From Planctomycetota bacterium (GTDB lineage: Bacteria; Planctomycetota; UBA11346): a stretch of DNA of 64,000 nucleotides. This document shows, in pieces, positions 62,150 through 64,000 of the stretch. The stretch is from assembly GCA_038203025.1 (NCBI GenBank), contig JBBREK010000001.1, positions 6,165 to 70,164 of the forward strand. The letters are read 5' to 3'. A model generated the notes under the pieces. The model was given only the letters and a program-made list of their open reading frames with translations, did not search any database and had not been told where the DNA came from. The translations under genes were made by a program, and so were the position numbers. The first letter of the stretch is position 1. The number at the start of each line of letters is the position of its first letter.

Positions 62150-63588
62150 GTGGCCGTATTCCTCTCTGGATCGGGAGCGTCGTCCACCTGCCCGTGCGGC
62201 AATGCGAGCCAGGCCAGTGCGATCCATGGCGCGGGCAGAGCGAAGCTGTCCAGGGAGAGCCCGTCCAGCACAAGAGTCACTCCGACGAGGATGCCCATCA
62301 GGAGGATTCGCCGATCGGCGCGCCAGAGGCCGAGAAAATGCAGCAGGCTGAACACGGCAAAAGCGGCGAAGCCCAGCACGCCGGTCTCGGCGAGCAGACG
62401 CAGCGGCATGTTCTTGGGATTCGGCAGGGGGCCGGCAGAGCGGTCAAGGGTCGCTGCTGCTTCCCCGTTAGCTGGCATCTGCATGGCCCAGCCTGGGAAT
62501 GATTCGATCATCGGCCAGGCTGCTAGACCAAGCCCCCATCCCATCAGCGGTTTTTCGAGAAACGATCTCCAGGCGGCTTCCCAGCAGGCGATGCGGAAGT
62601 GCGTGCCGGTGCGTTGCAAGGCCTGATGCGGATAGCTCTGTGCGGATGGGGCGGGTTGATCGCAGACGATTTCGTTGACTACCGTGCGGGCATAGGGCGA
62701 GCGTAAGGACAGCGCCAGCGAGGCGATCAGAACAAGCATGACGATGCTGGCGTCGCGTAATCGTCGCCATGGCTTGTGCGACCGGTCGAACAGTAGCCAA
62801 CCAAACGCGACTGAGGCGATGGCGATCAGTTGCGCGGCCCCGCTGCGTGCAGTGCTCAGACCGACGATGAGTGCGGCGGTGGTGGCAACCATGGCACTAA
62901 GGCGGCCAGGTCTGGTTAACGCGGTAGACAGGGCGAGTGGGATGATCAGGACGCAGCATGTGCTTGCCAGCCAACTGGGTTCAAGCGCCAGCCCCCACGC
63001 GCGGCCACCCTGCAGCCAGGATTCAGCGGCATGCGTACCCGTGATGTGACGGGCCATCCACAGGGCGGCGTCGTGTGCCCATATGGCGCCCGACGTCGCC
63101 AGTACTTGGATCGCCACCGCGACGACGATGGCGGCCATCGCGAGGTACAGCATGCGTTCGCCATTGCGCCGAACGTCGGGATCTGCAGCAATCGCCCTGG
63201 TGGCCAGGTAGATGCCAGCACCAAGGGCCAGGGAGAGGACCCCTTTGCCCATGGCTAGCCACGGCGCGACGTGCTTGAGCGGCATCAAATCGGGCAGTGA
63301 GATCAGCGCAGCACCAATGCCGATCGCAGCAAAGCTGCCCAGCAGCCAGATGTGCCGTTCTCCACACAACCGCAGGACGGCCGTGCAACTGAGGATAAGG
63401 GCCATCGCGCACAGCAGGGCCGTTGGCGGTTTCACCAGAGTTGGCAGCGGCAGAAAGGCCGCCGTCGTCACGGGAAAGAACAACATACCCATATACCACA
63501 GCCAACGCGCGGCCTTTGGGCAGGAAGCGGTCGCCGCCGTGGATGCCAAACGGGGGGTGGTCTGTTCCGTCGCCGCCGGCATCTTCAT
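62146..63588 (-). CDS. Wzy-like O-antigen polymerase / O-antigen-ligase-family polytopic membrane protein.
   Basis: Many transmembrane helices. It sits between glycosyltransferases in the cluster. The start was set at the ATG (MKMPAAT) that overlaps the upstream stop. Confidence 0.45.
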   Translation of the reverse strand: MKMPAATEQTTPRLASTAATASCPKAARWLWYMGMLFFPVTTAAFLPLPTLVKPPTALLCAMALILSCTAVLRLCGERHIWLLGSFAAIGIGAALISLPDLMPLKHVAPWLAMGKGVLSLALGAGIYLATRAIAADPDVRRNGERMLYLAMAAIVVAVAIQVLATSGAIWAHDAALWMARHITGTHAAESWLQGGRAWGLALEPSWLASTCCVLIIPLALSTALTRPGRLSAMVATTAALIVGLSTARSGAAQLIAIASVAFGWLLFDRSHKPWRRLRDASIVMLVLIASLALSLRSPYARTVVNEIVCDQPAPSAQSYPHQALQRTGTHFRIACWEAAWRSFLEKPLMGWGLGLAAWPMIESFPGWAMQMPANGEAAATLDRSAGPLPNPKNMPLRLLAETGVLGFAAFAVFSLLHFLGLWRADRRILLMGILVGVTLVLDGLSLDSFALPAPWIALAWLALPHGQVDDAPDPERNTAT

Positions 63589-64000
63589 AGCCCCAGCCTC
63601 TCCTTCACCCGATAGGCCCAGGCCCCACGCGGCACCAGGGATTTCAGCGTGTTCACCACGCCCAGTCGCCATTCGCTCAGCGCCCCGTTGAGCATCCCGT
63701 GCATCGCGCGGGCGCGGCGGTTCTCGGCGTGGCGGCGGCGCAGGTTGGCGCTGGCACCGCCCTGGTAGAATCGGGCGACGATCGCCGGGCAGGTCTGCGG
63801 CAGATGACCGCGGCTGATCAGCCGCAGCCAGAGTTCGTAGTCCATGGAACTACGGAAGGTCGGGTCGAAACCGCCGACCTCGCGCAGCAGGGCGGTCTCG
63901 CACAGGGTCGCGGCATGCCACACGCGGCAGTCGTGGCGCACCAGGTTACGCGCCTCGCCGGTCGGCGGAACGCGAGTGAACAGCACCGATTCATTCTCGC
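63585..64000 (-). CDS. Glycosyltransferase family 2, C-terminal part. The gene continues beyond the window end.
   Basis: DYELWLRL.. motif of GT2. The frame is open to the window edge. Confidence 0.5.
   Translation of the reverse strand, partial: ENESVLFTRVPPTGEARNLVRHDCRVWHAATLCETALLREVGGFDPTFRSSMDYELWLRLISRGHLPQTCPAIVARFYQGGASANLRRRHAENRRARAMHGMLNGALSEWRLGVVNTLKSLVPRGAWAYRVKERLGL

Overview
This is a 64 kb, very GC-rich (~68-70%), gene-dense bacterial chromosomal window. Its gene content fits a Planctomycetota- or Myxococcota-like organism: three eukaryotic-type Ser/Thr kinases, a prenyltransferase/squalene-oxidase-repeat protein, a lysine-tailed HU protein, AraC-linked glycoside hydrolases and a giant cyclic beta-1,2-glucan synthase. 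The main content, in order, is as follows.

- A convergent hemH / menA-menC-menE (menaquinone) region.
- A 9.7 kb, tightly overlapping surface-polysaccharide (O-antigen-like) operon on the minus strand. It runs epimerase, DegT aminotransferase, hexapeptide acetyltransferase, HisH-like, HisF-like, WbuX/WbpG-like amidotransferase, a glycosyltransferase (GT)-like protein, Wzx flippase, GT4 and GT2. This is an acetamidino-sugar module.
- A small module of a lysine-rich protein plus a Nudix hydrolase, next to a minimal zincin.
- Housekeeping genes: cysteine desulfurase, hisB, cdsA, HU, a UDP-sugar pyrophosphorylase, an ABC-F ATPase, cysK and a flavin reductase.
- Two sugar-degradation units, each an AraC regulator divergent from a glycoside hydrolase (GH29 fucosidase; an 1148-aa GH).
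- An 8.5 kb ndvB/chvB-type cyclic glucan synthase gene.
- A block of Ser/Thr kinase, TPR membrane protein, Cu-ATPase, and two translationally coupled Ser/Thr kinases.
- A second polysaccharide locus (GT2, Wzy-like, GT4, WbaP-like initiating transferase, gmd, WaaL-like ligase). A vapBC toxin-antitoxin cassette has been inserted into it with a 32-bp junction duplication.

No tRNA, rRNA, CRISPR array, transposase or integrase is recognisable. The features that do not fit a standard annotation are of four kinds. First, hexa/heptanucleotide tandem repeats are unusually frequent, both in intergenic regions and inside coding sequences: hisB, the 3' end of cdsA, one kinase gene, the ndvB leader and the leader of the Cu-ATPase gene. 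Second, there are two small families of conserved hairpin repeats, one of which carries compensatory stem mutations. Third, the vapBC insertion scar retains an intact operator palindrome. Fourth, there are several non-canonical start/stop overlaps (ATGA, GTGA, TGATG, CTGA). All coordinates come from reading the sequence and the supplied ORF track. No database search was run.
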